64,000 bases of DNA from Burkholderiales bacterium (GTDB lineage Bacteria; Pseudomonadota; Gammaproteobacteria; Burkholderiales; JACQAP01), in the NCBI GenBank assembly GCA_035548375.1, contig DASZTG010000022.1, forward strand, positions 14,232 through 78,231, written 5' to 3'. How positions within the stretch are numbered: position 1 is the first letter of the stretch; each line of letters opens with the position of its first letter. The position numbers and the translations under genes are program-made. Below the pieces are notes generated by a model. The model did not search any database. It had not been told where the DNA came from and saw only the letters and a list, made by a program, of their open reading frames with translations. This document shows, piece by piece, positions 63,726 to 64,000 of the stretch.

Positions 63726-63820
63726 CCTCCATTCGGGAGCGTCAATGCTCGCCGCGCCGACGCATGACGTCCAATATCTTGTGTACGCCGGATTGATAGC
63801 GGTGGCGAATGATCGCGCGG

Positions 63821-64000
63821 CTATTTTTTCTCGGAGGCGGCTTTCGTCGCGGGCGGCTCGTCGTCGCAGGTCGACTGGTGCGCGGAATAACCGACGCGCG
63901 TCGGGCTGCCGGTCATGCCGAGGAAAACCTTCTGGATCGCATAGGCTTCCTGCTCGCGGTAGTACCAGCGCATGCAAGGCCGCATGTCGCCGTGCTCGTC
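63821..64000 (-). CDS. 3' end of an unidentified protein-coding gene (partial, runs off the window)
   Basis: Open frame on the minus strand from the window edge to the TAG at 63821-63823 (…MRWYYREQEAYAIQKVFLGMTGSPTRVGYSAHQSTCDDEPPATKAASEKK*). GC3-rich like neighbouring genes. No family recognised. Confidence 0.35.
   Translation of the reverse strand, partial: DEHGDMRPCMRWYYREQEAYAIQKVFLGMTGSPTRVGYSAHQSTCDDEPPATKAASEKK

Overview
GC-rich proteobacterial chromosome segment. The gene order (purF-cvpA-dedD-folC-accD-trpA-trpB-trpF-truA-fimV-asd-leuB-leuD-leuC) is typical of Betaproteobacteria. I support about 53 protein-coding genes, nearly all core housekeeping: chaperone, aminoacyl-tRNA synthetases, Trp/Leu/Met/folate biosynthesis, dnaE, lhr. 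I recognised no rRNA, tRNA, CRISPR array, transposase, integrase or phage genes. Many long ORFs in the six-frame track are antisense or 5'-extended artefacts of the high GC content, so I re-assigned several start codons by hand. Main points of interest, in order: (1) A four-gene accessory operon at about 28.8-35.9 kb, wedged between folA and a basic-amino-acid decarboxylase gene. It encodes a TPR plus beta-barrel outer-membrane protein resembling Slam/DUF560 (type XI secretion), a secreted FecR-domain protein with two tandem roughly 180-aa modules, a PaaK/F390-synthetase-like adenylating enzyme, and a TPR-GT41 glycosyltransferase. I propose this as a possible undescribed cargo-modification plus export system. 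(2) A set of intergenic elements whose inverted arms are built from short tandem repeats. One is a low-GC cassette carrying a GxxExxY (PD-(D/E)XK-like) gene; another is a gene-less sibling with the same arms. (3) A metZ leader with a promoter, a SAM-II-like fold and an intrinsic terminator. (4) Low-GC mosaic patches in the C-terminal or anticodon-binding parts of cysS and metG. All family assignments come from motif recognition by eye. No searches were run.
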